DNA from: Candidatus Spongiisociaceae bacterium
Lineage (GTDB): Bacteria; Actinomycetota; Acidimicrobiia; Spongiisociales; Spongiisociaceae
Direction of reading: 5' to 3'
DNA length: 64,000 bases
Assembly (NCBI GenBank): GCA_965262915.1
Contig: OZ253564.1
Location: forward strand, 4,928,001-4,992,000
Part shown: in pieces, positions 49,446 to 62,325 of the stretch
Layout: each line of letters opens with the position of its first letter
Position numbering within the stretch: position 1 is the stretch's first letter
The notes under the pieces: model-generated
What the model was told of the DNA's origin: nothing
The model's input: the letters and a program-made list of their open reading frames with translations, nothing else
The model's database searches: none
Made by a program: the position numbers and the translations under genes

Positions 49446-52362
49446 GGCTCTTCGATGCTCCTATGGTTGTCAAGTCGGTGATGGGGCCGGTTCGTGGGTT
49501 AGGAGCCAGGTCTGGTATTGGCTGGCGAGTTGGTGGTTGTGGTCTCGGCCGCGTTCGAGTGCGGAGATGCGGCTGGGGTGGGTTCCGAGCTGTTGGGCGG
49601 CCTGGGTGACGGTGATGTTGGCGTGTTGACGTCGGCGGCGGAGCCGGGCGCAGTTCGGGGTTGGTGGCGGGTTGGTCAGCAGTCGGTAGATCTGTGGGGC
49701 GATGTGCCGCTTGAGGCAGCGGATGATCTCTTTTCGGTTCTTTGCTTCCCCCTGGCGCCGTGCCACGTATTGGTTGGTGGCTGCGTCGTGGCGTATCCGG
49801 GTGGTAGCGCATCGGCCAGAGCGCGTTGTTGGCTTGGCGGTTACCTCCCCGGTTGAGACGATGCCGGATGGTCTGTCCCGATGATGCCTGGACGGGGCTG
49901 GCGCCGCACAGCGCCGCGAAGGACCGTTCTGATTTCATCCGTCCGGGGTTGTCGCCGGCTGCGACTAGCAGGGCGGCTGCGGTGTCAGGGCCCACACCTT
50001 TGGCGGCTAACAGAGCCGGGTTCGCCTCGGCGCAGAGGCGACGGATCTCGATCTTGAGTTCTGCGATTTCTGTGTCGAGGGCTTGGTATCGGCGGGCGAG
50101 GTGGCGTAGAGCCATCTTCGCGTACGCCGCAGTGGTCTGTGCTTCACCGGGACGCCAGCGGGCACAGACCCGAACCCGGGCCTTGAGCTTGAGGCCTCTG
50201 AGCTGGCGTTTTACCTGTTCAGGTGCGGTAACGGCCACAGAATGTATCTGGTTAGCGGCCTGGGTGCGGGCCTTGGTAGCCGAGCGGCGGGCCACCAACA
50301 ACATCCGTATGCACTCAACGGGGCCGTCACCAGATTTGGGAACTGCGGTAGCTTGCCCCGAGGCCGCTGCCCGAGCTGCCGCCTCGGCGTCGACGCTGTC
50401 GGTCTTGCCGCCCCGCTGGCGGCGTAGCTGCCGGTTCGGCCGGTTCACTTCTACCACCTCGATGCCCGCCGCCATCAGATAGCGGGCTAGGCCGGCGCCG
50501 TAGCTGCCGGTGCCCTCCACTCCTACCCGGAGCAGGTGCCCGTGGGTTCCGAACCACCTGGTCATCTGCTCATATCCGACCGGATCAGCCCCGAACGGTG
50601 CCGTTCCCAGCACCCGACCGGCGCCATCAACCACCGCCGCAACATGGGTATCACGATGGGTATCAACCCCACCGAACACAACCCGACCATCTTCTCCCAT
50701 GACACCTTCCTCCTCTGCGGGATAGAATCATTTCCGATCCCCGGACCCGGCAAGCGGTGGACAGGCCACTCACGGTGGAGGAAGATCAAAGCTCCTATAA
50801 GGTCACATCCGCCCCGGGTCAGGGGGTTACACCCCCAAGCTGGGAACAGGCCGACAGATCGATGAAAAGGCACAAAGCCAGATTTCAGTTGGGTCAGACC
50901 CGCCCTAGCCCAGGAACCTTCTAATTATGAGTGGATTTCAGTGGGGAGTGACGGTGGCCAATAGGTCCCAGTTGGGTTTCCCCGCGTAGAGAAGGGCCCG
51001 GATTCGGTAGTTCGCGAAGTTGGGTAACCCGAACGCGATCCGTTTGATCCTCTTGATGAGGTTGTTGAGGGCTTCGGTGGGTCCGTTGGTTACCTTCGAG
51101 ATGTGCCAGTTGGTGATCTGGGGGGTCCAGCGGGCGATGGTGCGACCCAACTTGTTGATCTCGGGTGGGCAGGATTCGTCCTGGAGGTCGTCCGCGAGCC
51201 CGACGGTGTATCGGAGAGCAAGGGCGGGACTGTCGACCCCGTAGATGCCCCGTACCGTTTCCTTCGCGTGCCAGGCGGTGCGCACTTCGCTGTGGGGGTC
51301 ACCAGCGTCGAGGAGACCACGCAGCCGTGTTTGACCGCGGTCGCTGATCCTCTCGGAAGCGGCGGTGAGGAGCCGCCGTATCCGATACAGCGGGTCATCC
51401 TTGCGGCCTCGATGCCCGAGGGTTTCGTTTTGGACCCTTCGTCGTAGGTCGTCGAGTCGCTGGTTGGCCAAGCGGATGACGTGGAAGGGGTCCGCTACCT
51501 GCACAGCGTTCGGCAACACCCGGTCGTACGCCTTCCGATAAGGCCCTGACATGACCCGGCACCGCCCAGCGGATCCCGTCGAGCCACTCGGGGGGCTGGG
51601 ATCGGAACCACGACACCGCGCTATCAGCCGTTCTACCACCGACTATGTCGATCAGGTGGCGGCCTCCCACATCGACGACAGAAGTGCACCAAACCTTGGT
51701 GCGCCACCGGCCTTTCCGCCCCAACAACGCTTCTTGTCGATACCCACAGCTCCGACCTCGCCTATCCGATCGGTGTCGGCCCCCAACAGGGCATCGCCCC
51801 AACGGACGACCTCGTTGTTCACCGTATGCCACCCACAACCCAACTCCGAGGCGACCTCGTCGACCGGGCGGCCCCGCCCACCCACCTGGACGGTCACCCA
51901 CCGAGCCGCTCTCGATGTCAACAACGCCCGTTCGGGACCAATCTTGGGGTCTTGTTCGATGAACGACCTGATCGCACACCCCGAGTTCGGACACGTCCAG
52001 CGCCGTTTCCTCCACCGCAGCCGCACAGGCCGTCCGAACGCCGGTAAATCCACTAACACCACACTCCGATAGCCTTTCGACCACACCGACCCGCCACATG
52101 CCTCACACACCGGCCGGGCCTTGCGGGACCCGATCACCACCTCCAACGGTGCACCCTCGCCCAAGTCGTTGATCCCGACCAGATCAACCTCGCCCAGGCC
52201 TACCAACTTCTCGCACATGCGCGTAGGATCACACTCCACAGGGGTCCTCCTGCCTCGGATGTCTGTTACCAACCATCCGATTATGGAGGACCCCCCATCA
52301 CTTCTGGTCGATTACGGCACCACCTAGCCGACCCCCTACTCCCCCCTCATTTCCGAAGAGCC
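49446..52362 (-). mobile_element. ISL3-family element with frameshifted transposase (about 50938-52272)
   Basis: Ends GGCTCTTC.../...CGAAGAGCC; 8-bp TSD TGATAAGG (49438-49445, 52363-52370); DPFHVI and TNGPTEALNNLIKRIKR motifs. Confidence 0.9.
49454..50921 (-). mobile_element. IS110-family element inserted in the ISL3 terminal repeat; transposase about 49470-50700, frameshift near 49815
   Basis: GVDTHRDTH, VEGTGSYG, KTDSVDA, SSG and RGGNRQAN; CTTC core at both junctions; ~220-bp non-coding end at 50701-50921. Confidence 0.88.
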
Positions 52363-52584
52363 TGATAAGGCATACCTGAGTTATCGGATAGCACCAAGAA
52401 ACTATAAGCCTGTAGATGCACATATAGCTCCACACACATATCTTCGCCATTAATAGGCTTACGACAGGTTTTGGTTAGCTAGTCAGGGGTTCTGCCATAG
52501 CCGTCCGCTCAGCGAATAGGAAAACGTCGAGAGGCCCGATTCCGGGGATGGATTCGAAGAGACCGGAGCCGGTTCCGCTGGTGG

Positions 52585-53150
52585 ACCTCGGGCCAATACG
52601 AATACGAGTTGAGGGGACTGGAAACGGGCGTCGGGTACGACGTGCAGATACGGGCGGTCAACAGTGCGGGCGCCGGTCCATGGTCCGCCACCGAGGTGGG
52701 AACACCCCGTGCGGTGCCGGACGCTCCTGTGATCGGCTCGGTCGCCGGGATTTCCCGGGGGCTCACGTTGGGGTGGGGCGCTCCGGCGAGTGCAGGCACC
52801 GAGCCGATCACCGCCTACGACGTGCGGCATATCCGCAGCGACGCTGCGGACAGGAGCGATGCCAACTGGACCGTGCACCTCGCGGCGTGGAGGTCGGGGG
52901 TTCGGGAGACACGGTGACAGGCTTGGAGATCGGTACGGAGTACGACATGGAGGTTCGGGCGGTCAGCAGTGTCGGCGCAGGCCTCTGGTCAGCTACGCGC
53001 ATGGGGACGACGGCGCTCTCCGACGATGCCACGCTCAGCGTCCTTTACCCTGCCCGGCCTGCGGGTAAGCGCAGAGAACACCGGCGGGACGGGCAGCTAC
53101 ACCCTCGGCGGGCCCGACGCCGACCTCTTCGACCTGGACACCACAACGGG
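52585..53150 (+). pseudogene. Fibronectin type III / cadherin-like surface protein remnant
   Basis: GLETGVGYDVQIRAVNSAGAGPWS, GLEIGTEYDMEVRAVS..G.G.WS and YTLGGPDADLFD split across frames. Confidence 0.75.
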
Positions 53151-53405
53151 CCGTTGCTCCCCACCGTTTTGCAGCACCCTCCTAAGCCTGAATCCATCGA
53201 TTCATGTTCCGAAGACCAGTCCTGACCAGGGCGGTCTCCGGGATCCACCACTCACAGGAAGTTGCTCCTCTTCCCAGGACCGAACCATCCTTACCAATAG
53301 CTATCGCCGCAGATCAGGAGGCATTTCCACCATATCTCCATGTCCGCTGCGCGCTCCCCATCGGTGGATTCAGGCTAAAGGGCCGTTCCGAAGTGGAGGG
53401 GCCGG

Positions 53406-54329
53406 TTAGTTGGTGGGCCCCGTGTTGGTTTGGGCTTGTTGGAGGATCCAGTGGCGGAGTGCTTGGACTTCGGGTCTTTGCCGGGAGGCCGCGGTGGTGA
53501 TGAGGCAGCAGCGTTCGGGGGTGTCGGCTTGGTGGTCGAGGACGGGGACCAGCGTCCCGCGTTCGAGTTCGCGGGCGATCAGCACGGGACGACCGATCAC
53601 AGCCCCTAGCCCGTGGGAGGCGGCTTCGATGACCATGCTGTACAGGCGGAAGCCCGAGGCCTGGACGAGGTCCGGTGCGGGCTGGTTCTGGCAGGCCGAC
53701 CAGTACGCCCAGTCGTTGTCCCATCCAAGATCATAGAGCAGGGGCCAGTCGTGAAGATCGGCCGGGCTGCGGGGCGGACCGCGTGCCGCTAGCAGGGCTG
53801 GACTGCACACGACGATCAGGTTCTCCTCGTAGAGGGTCTCCTCGATCAGGGTGTCCTCGCGTCGGCTGATCGGCCGCGGCGCCGCCGTCTCACCGGTGTA
53901 GGCGATCCAGACGTCGAAGTCGCGGCGCTCGGGGTCGACACCGCGATGGTCGGTCTCCAACTCGATCGCCATACCGGGATGGGCCGCCTCGAGGGCAGGC
54001 AGCCTCGGCAGCAGCCACTTCTCGGCCACGGCCTCCACCGACACGATCCGGATGCGGCTCGGACGGCGGCGTAGCCGTTCGGAGGCGCCATGGACCTCGG
54101 CGAGGATACGCTGCACCTCCTTCAGGTAGGCGCGGCCGCGGCGGTTGAGGCGCACACCTCTGCGGCAACGCTCGAAAAGACGCACGTCGAGACGCTCCTC
54201 GAGGGTCCGGATACGGTGGGCGACAGCCGCGGCGGTCACGCCTAACTCGGCCGCGGCGCGAGCGAAGCTCTGATGGCGCGCCGCTGCCTCAAAGAAACGC
54301 AGGCTGTCAAGCGGGGGCAAACGCATCAC
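53406..54329 (-). CDS. LysR family regulator (GcvA-like)
   Basis: LPPLDSLRFFEAAARHQSFARAAAELGVT; WLLPRL. Confidence 0.92.
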   Translation of the reverse strand: MMRLPPLDSLRFFEAAARHQSFARAAAELGVTAAAVAHRIRTLEERLDVRLFERCRRGVRLNRRGRAYLKEVQRILAEVHGASERLRRRPSRIRIVSVEAVAEKWLLPRLPALEAAHPGMAIELETDHRGVDPERRDFDVWIAYTGETAAPRPISRREDTLIEETLYEENLIVVCSPALLAARGPPRSPADLHDWPLLYDLGWDNDWAYWSACQNQPAPDLVQASGFRLYSMVIEAASHGLGAVIGRPVLIARELERGTLVPVLDHQADTPERCCLITTAASRQRPEVQALRHWILQQAQTNTGPTN

Positions 54330-54462
54330 GTCTCGTAACGTCGGGGCGGGATATGGAGAACTCGATTATGCCACACGGAACGTCGTGAACCGCCCACAGG
54401 TGAAGAGGATGTTCTTGTTCACTCAAGACGGATGTGCCGGGTTAGCTGTTCCATCGAACTCT

Positions 54463-54874
54463 AGGACAGTCACCCACCCAAATGTGGGGTTGGTTTCTCT
54501 ATCGGATAGACATAGAATAACTTGTCTATTGGGCATGGATACGCATCCCCTTGATTCGACAGAAAATCTCTTCCTGGCACTGATACCAATCGTTTCTGGC
54601 GGCACTCCCGACCATCCGTGGTAGCTGCTCCGGAGGATTAGCGACAGCCATACATCGGATAAGGCATACTTATATTATCCGATAGACCAAGGAGCATATG
54701 TCTATCTATAGACGCATAGTGCACACAAACAATCTCTCGATTGGTAAGCTGACAACAGGTGTCTCGAGCCGATCAGAGACGCTGCCATAGACCTCGGCCC
54801 AATGAGAATGCGGCGTAGTCGGGAGGCCCGATTCCGGGAATGGATTTGAAGAGACCGGAGCCGGTTCCGCTGGT
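54463..54874 (+). repeat. Conserved ~412-bp non-coding cassette, copy 2 (intact)
   Basis: Homologous to the split copy 1; several conserved dyads; ends in ATG-D-x-KRPEPVPLV. Confidence 0.8.
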
Positions 54875-55572
54875 AGGAGTATCGTGGCAAGCGGGACGCG
54901 ATGAGCACGCTGTCAAGCCTCCGGAGGTGGACGCCGACGGCACCCTCCCGCTCGCGAGGGCAGTCCCCGGCAGGGCGACCCGGTCGCTTGTTCTGGTGGC
55001 CATACTGGCAGCGACCCTGGCGGCTTGTGGAGACCGTGACGGGTCCACGCCGGGGTCCTGCCGCCCCATCGGGAACCACGGCGGTGGTAGCCGCACAGGA
55101 ACCGGAGCGAGCAACCGGCGCCGACCCACAGCCGACCACCACAGCAACCCCGACAGCCGAACCTGTAACCACGCCCGCTTCCACCGCACCGAAGTCCACA
55201 TCGGCCGCAAACGACGATCCCGACCAACCCTCCGCCGCTCCGAAGCCAGCGCCCGAACCAGCCACCGACACCGACACCTCCCAGGACCGCGTAACGAAGT
55301 CCACTGTGGCCGCAGGTGACGATCCCGACCAACCCTCCGCCGCACCACCAACGGCGGAACCGGCGCCCGAACCGGCCACCGACACCGACACCTCCCAGGA
55401 CCGCGTAACGAAGTCCACTGTGGCCGCAGGTGACGATCCCGACCAACCCTCCGCCGCACCACCAACGGCGGAACCGGCGCCCGAACCGGCCACCGACACC
55501 GACACCTCCCAGGACGGCGTGTCGACGGCTGGGTTGAGGGGGCCGCCCCCGGATCCGCCGCAGCCGGCGGGG
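54840..55572 (+). pseudogene. Lipoprotein with 120-bp (40-aa) Pro/Thr/Asp-rich tandem repeats, frameshifted and truncated by IS3
   Basis: Lipobox LAACG in the 54840 frame; repeats at about 55190-55513 in the 54901 frame; IS3 starts at 55573. Confidence 0.7.
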
Positions 55573-57707
<2,135 letters not shown>

Positions 57708-57717
57708 CGGCCCTGCG

Positions 57718-60367
57718 TTATTTCACGGTTTCGATCGGTCCAAGTGGACGGCGGGCAATGCACAGGAGCGGTTGGGATTGCTGCCAGCCGCCCAGGAGCA
57801 CGTCCTGGCTCAGGAAGACGGCAAGGAACGCTGCCTGAATGCCGTGAGGGAACTGTCGCAAGCCTTCGCGCTGGCCGTGCCGCACCCGGAGACCTTTCGC
57901 ATCCGAGACGACGTGGGCTTCTTCTAGGAGACTGCTGATTTAGTCGCCTTGTCGGGACCTGGCCGGTTCGCGTTTTGTGTTTGTTGGTAGTATTGTAGGG
58001 GCTATGTTAGGACATGAAAGCTTCGACCGTGAGTTTCTGGACACAATGGATCTGTGGCATCTGGTTCCGGAAGGGTCTGTGTACCGGTTCTTGGCCGAGA
58101 ACCGCCGCCGCCTGTTCCCAGATGAGATGTTCTCCGATTTGTTCGGCCCGCGGGGCCGCCCGTCGATACCGGGTCCGGTGATTGGGGCGGTGATGGTTCT
58201 CCAGGCGTTGGAGTGCCTCTCTGACCGGGAAGCGATCCAGCGGCTACGCCGTGACATAGCGTGGAAAGCCGCGGCTGGTCTGTCGTTGACCCATGGGGGG
58301 TTCCACCCGACGGTGCTGACCTTGTGGCGAGCCAGGTTGCGTGCGAGTGACCGTCCTGAGCGTATCTTCGACGCGGTGCGCCAAGTTATGGATAGTTGCG
58401 GGGTGTTGGCTAACAAGGACCGTCGGGCCCTGGACTCGACCATTTTGGACGACGCGGTTGCTACCCAAGACACGGTAACGATGATCTCATCGCAGATAAG
58501 GCGTTGCCGCCGTCTGATACCGCAGGCAGCCGACCTGGTGCTGGTAGCCCATGACTACGAATCGAAGACGAAACCGTCCTGCGACTGGTCTGATCCCGAC
58601 AGCCGCTCGGAGTTGGTGGACGGCCTGGTAGGCGACGGTCTAGCGGTGATCGACACAGTCGAGGACATAAAGCTGGACCCCGACCAAGCCGACGCGGTAG
58701 GTCTGTTGGGAGTGGTTACGGGCCAGGATGTGGAACCGGACCCCGACCGGGAAGGCCGATGGCGGATAGCCCGGCGTGTGGCGAAGGACCGGACAATCTC
58801 AACGGTGGATACCGAGTCCCGGCACGGTCACAAGACCCGGACCAGCAAACGGGACGGGTACAAGGCCCATGTGGCTACCGAACCCGAAACCGGACTGGTC
58901 ACCGCCGCGGTTCTGACCGCTGCCAACACCACCGACGCCGACAGCATCGCGGATCTCGTTGCCGACCAACCCCCGGGCGCCGAAATCGTCGCGGATTCGG
59001 CGTACGCGTCCGGATCGGCGCTCGAAACGTTCGACGATCTTGGTCACACCCCGGTGACCAAACCCATCGTACGCAAACCCCACATCAAAGACGGGTTCCA
59101 CCGCGACGATTTCGATATCGACACCGGAGCCCGCACAGTCACCTGCCCCGCCGGGCACACCGCCCGCCTACGCCCCGGTGGTACCGCCCCGTTCGCGAAG
59201 CGGTGCAACGGCTGCCCCCTGCGGGCACGATGCACCACCTCGAAGACGGGACGCACCATCACAGTCGACAAACACCACGACCTACGAGCCGCGAACAAAA
59301 CAAGGTGGGCCAAAGACGAAACCCGCAACACCTACCGGAACTTGCGGCCGTCCGTCGAGCGGACCATCGCCTGGCTCACCCGCGGCAAAGCCAGACGCGT
59401 CCCATACCGAGGAATCATCCCCAACCAGCAATGGCTCACCACCAGAACAGCAGCCATCAACCTACGACGCCTCATCAACCTCGGACTCACCCACACCACC
59501 ACCGGCTGGGCCACCAACCCCGCCTAGAACCCCAAAAACCGGGACGCCGCCCCCAACCAACCCCGCCACCGCCAACACCGCCATCAACCCACCCAACACC
59601 ACCACCCCAACACACCAACACAGCCACCTCGCCGGCCCCGATAATCGGCAGGCTCCTAGGCGGTGAGGGCGGCCCTGTCGAAGCGGGCAACGGGAGAGGC
59701 GCGCCCCGAGGAGGATCTGGACCTGGCCGTGCGGCAGATCATCTCACGGGCGGTGGCCTCCGAAGGCGTGTTGGACATCTTCGCCGCCGCGGGACTCGGC
59801 AAGCCGGACATCTCGGTGCTCTCCGACGAGTTCCTGGCCGAAGTACAGGGCTTGCCTCAGCGCAACCTCGCAGTGGAGCTGTTGCAAAAGCTGCTCAAGG
59901 GGGAGTTGCATATCCGCCGTCGCAAGAACGTGGTGCAGGCGCGGTCCTTCGCCGAGATGCTTGAGCAGACCCTGCGCCGCTACCAGAACCGAGCGATAGA
60001 GGCGGCGCAGGTCATTGAGGAGTTGATACAGCTTGCAAAGGAGATGCGAGAGGCCAACGGCCGTGGCGAGGAACTTGGTCTCTCCGAGGACGAATTGGCC
60101 TTCTACGATGCGCTGGAGACCAACGACAGCGCGGTGCAGGTGCTGGGCGACGAGACCCTCCGCGCCATCGCTCGCGAGCTGGTCGACACCGTGCGGAACA
60201 ACGTCACTATCGACTGGACGCTTCGGGAGAACGTCCGCGCCAAGCTCCGGGCGCTGGTCAAGCGCATCCTGCGCAGGCACGGCTACCCGCCCGACAAGCA
60301 GGAGAAGGCCACAATCACCGTTCTTGAGCAAGCCGAGGTCCTATCGGAGGGCTGGGTTGTCGCATGA
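57718..60367 (+). pseudogene. hsdR: Type I restriction endonuclease subunit R, C-terminal (DUF3387) remnant split by IS1182
   Basis: FHGFD..., [19 protein letters not shown] | AVRAAL..., [31 protein letters not shown] and YPPDKQ. Confidence 0.85.
57928..59655 (+). mobile_element. IS1182-family element, transposase 58004-59527
   Basis: IR GAGACTGCTGATT/AATCGGCAGGCTC; CTAG TSD; GRPS, LSDREA, LDST, DGYKAH, DSAY and CPAG motifs. Confidence 0.88.
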
Positions 60368-60540
60368 GACGCTCTGGGTATCCATCGCGCCTACACCACC
60401 AACCGGAACCTCAGCGTGAAGGTTCTTGATTTTGTCAAGTTTCGTGGGCCTAAAGGGACTGAATTGCGAACTTTTCGGTGGGCCGTCTCAATATGAAGGC
60501 CGGATCGTAGAACGCTACCTAGTTTCGAGGCGGGTTGCTA

Positions 60541-62325
60541 CTACTCATACCAGCCCGACCCAAATAGCAGTCCGTCATGCCGCACAATCCAAGTGTGCTT
60601 CTGACGGTTCTCGCCCGATTCCGGGTTGAGCAACAAATAGTCCACCCAATGACCCGCCTCAGTGGCGCTCCGTAAGTCGTCGCCATAGAAATACCCCGTG
60701 GCGTCCACACGGAGGCTGGGATCACGCCCTCGAAACTGCGGGTTATGGTGGGCTATCGTGTAGCCGTCTGGGTCGATGATGAAGACGTACCACTGGCCGT
60801 CAACACTCTCCTTGGTGTTGTAGTAGGCGACGGTCTCCTCCAGGCCGAGGGCGACGTAGAGGTTCATGGCCTGCTGCACGAAGGCCTTGGTGTAGGCGGG
60901 GGCGTCGGACTTGCCGGGGCCGCGTTCGTACCAGCCGGAGCCGAAGGTAATGCCGTCGTGGATCACCATCCAGGAGTGCTTGGTCTCCACAACGCCAGAG
61001 GCGGGATTGGCATAGGTGTAGTCGAACCAGGCGCCGTCCTGGTCGGCGGAGGCGGCGACGGCGGACCCGGTGGGGTAGGAGTTGGGTCCCAAAGCCTGGG
61101 AGATGTGCTTGCCCACCAGGTCAGGGTCGGGGGCATGAGCGACGATGGTCTGGTTCTCATCGCTCATGAAGACGTACCACTGGCCGTCAACACTCTCCTT
61201 GGTGTTGTAGTAGGCGACGGTCTCCTCCAGGCCGAGGGCGACGTAGAGGTTCATGGCCTGCTGCACGAAGGCCTTGGTGTAGGCGGGGGCGTCGGACTTG
61301 CCGGGGCCGCGTTCGTACCAGCCGGAGCCGAAGGTAATGCCGTCGTGGATCACCATCCAGGAGTGCTTGGTCTCCACAACGCCAGAGGCGGGATTGGCAT
61401 AGGTGTAGTCGAACCAGGCGCCGTCCTGGTCGGCGGAGGCGGCGACGGCGGACCCGGTGGGGTAGGAGTTGGGTCCCAAAGCCTGGGAGATGTGCTTGCC
61501 CACCAGGTCAGGGTCGGGGGCATGAGCGACGATGGTCTGGTTCTCATCGCTCATGAAGACGTACCACTGGCCGTCAACACTCTCCTTCGTGTTGTAGTAG
61601 GCGACGGTCTCCTCCAGGCCGAGGGCGACGTAGAGGTTCATGGCCTGCTGCACGAAGGCCTTGGTGTAGGCGGGGGCGTCGGACTTGCCGGGGCCGCGTT
61701 CGTACCAGCCGGAGCCGAAGGTAATGCCGTCGTGGATCACCATCCAGGAGTGCTTGGTCTCCACAACGCCAGAGGCGGGATTGGCATAGGTGTAGTCGAA
61801 CCAGGCGCCGTCCTGGTCGGCGGAGGCGGCGACGGCGGACCCGGTGGGGTAGGAGTTGGGTCCCAAAGCCTGGGAGATGTGCTTGCCCACCAGGTCAGGG
61901 TCGGGGGCATGAGCGACGATGGTCTGGTTCTCATCGCTCATGAAGACGTACCACTGGCCGTCAACACTCTCCTTGGTGTTGTAGTAGGCGACGGTGGCAT
62001 CTAGTCCTTCCGATTCGTATCTGCTGATGGCGTCTCTTACTAGGAACTTGGTGTAGTCGGCGGGCGTCGACTTGGGAGGTACGGTCGCCGTGGCATAACC
62101 CGTGTCCAACTGCTCCTGTATCTGCTCAATGAGAGACGCGACGGTGGCCTCATCCACGAGGGCGGGTGCGCCCGCGGGCGCTGGAGGTCCGGCTGGTCCG
62201 GGTGCGCCTGAGGAGCCCTGCGGCCCGGGAGGCCCCTGCCCCCCAGCGGGCCCGGCGGCTCCCTGGCAGGCAGAAATTGACAGGATAAGAGCGATGATCA
62301 AGATTACTCTGATTAGGGCGCGCAT
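60541..62325 (-). CDS. Lipoprotein with collagen-like linker and four single-Cache domains
   Basis: Lipobox LSISAC; GPAGGQGPPGPQG; repeated WYVF..AH...G..., W.DY...NP.SG..E.KH.W...HDG..FGSGWY. Confidence 0.8.
   Translation of the reverse strand: MRALIRVILIIALILSISACQGAAGPAGGQGPPGPQGSSGAPGPAGPPAPAGAPALVDEATVASLIEQIQEQLDTGYATATVPPKSTPADYTKFLVRDAISRYESEGLDATVAYYNTKESVDGQWYVFMSDENQTIVAHAPDPDLVGKHISQALGPNSYPTGSAVAASADQDGAWFDYTYANPASGVVETKHSWMVIHDGITFGSGWYERGPGKSDAPAYTKAFVQQAMNLYVALGLEETVAYYNTKESVDGQWYVFMSDENQTIVAHAPDPDLVGKHISQALGPNSYPTGSAVAASADQDGAWFDYTYANPASGVVETKHSWMVIHDGITFGSGWYERGPGKSDAPAYTKAFVQQAMNLYVALGLEETVAYYNTKESVDGQWYVFMSDENQTIVAHAPDPDLVGKHISQALGPNSYPTGSAVAASADQDGAWFDYTYANPASGVVETKHSWMVIHDGITFGSGWYERGPGKSDAPAYTKAFVQQAMNLYVALGLEETVAYYNTKESVDGQWYVFIIDPDGYTIAHHNPQFRGRDPSLRVDATGYFYGDDLRSATEAGHWVDYLLLNPESGENRQKHTWIVRHDGLLFGSGWYE
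60779..61995. repeat. 387-bp near-perfect tandem repeat, about 3.1 units
   Basis: GAAGACGTACCACTGG recurs at 60781, 61168, 61555 and 61942; one synonymous difference seen near 61588. Confidence 0.95.

Larger units (their letters stand above)
49242..52582 (+). repeat. Conserved ~416-bp non-coding cassette, copy 1 (49242-49445 plus 52371-52582, split by ISL3)
   Basis: Colinear homology to 54463-54874 on both sides of the ISL3 insertion. Confidence 0.8.

Noticed and set aside
49249-49815. C-terminal part of the 483-aa ORF
   Set aside because: Out-of-frame read-through after the IS110 frameshift; the true C-terminus is in the 49470-49766 frame.
55190-55513. 120-bp repeats as a non-coding array
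   Set aside because: They encode in-frame 40-aa Pro/Thr-rich linker repeats of a lipoprotein.
60745-62004. 419-aa plus-strand repetitive ORF
   Set aside because: Antisense shadow of the Cache repeat gene.
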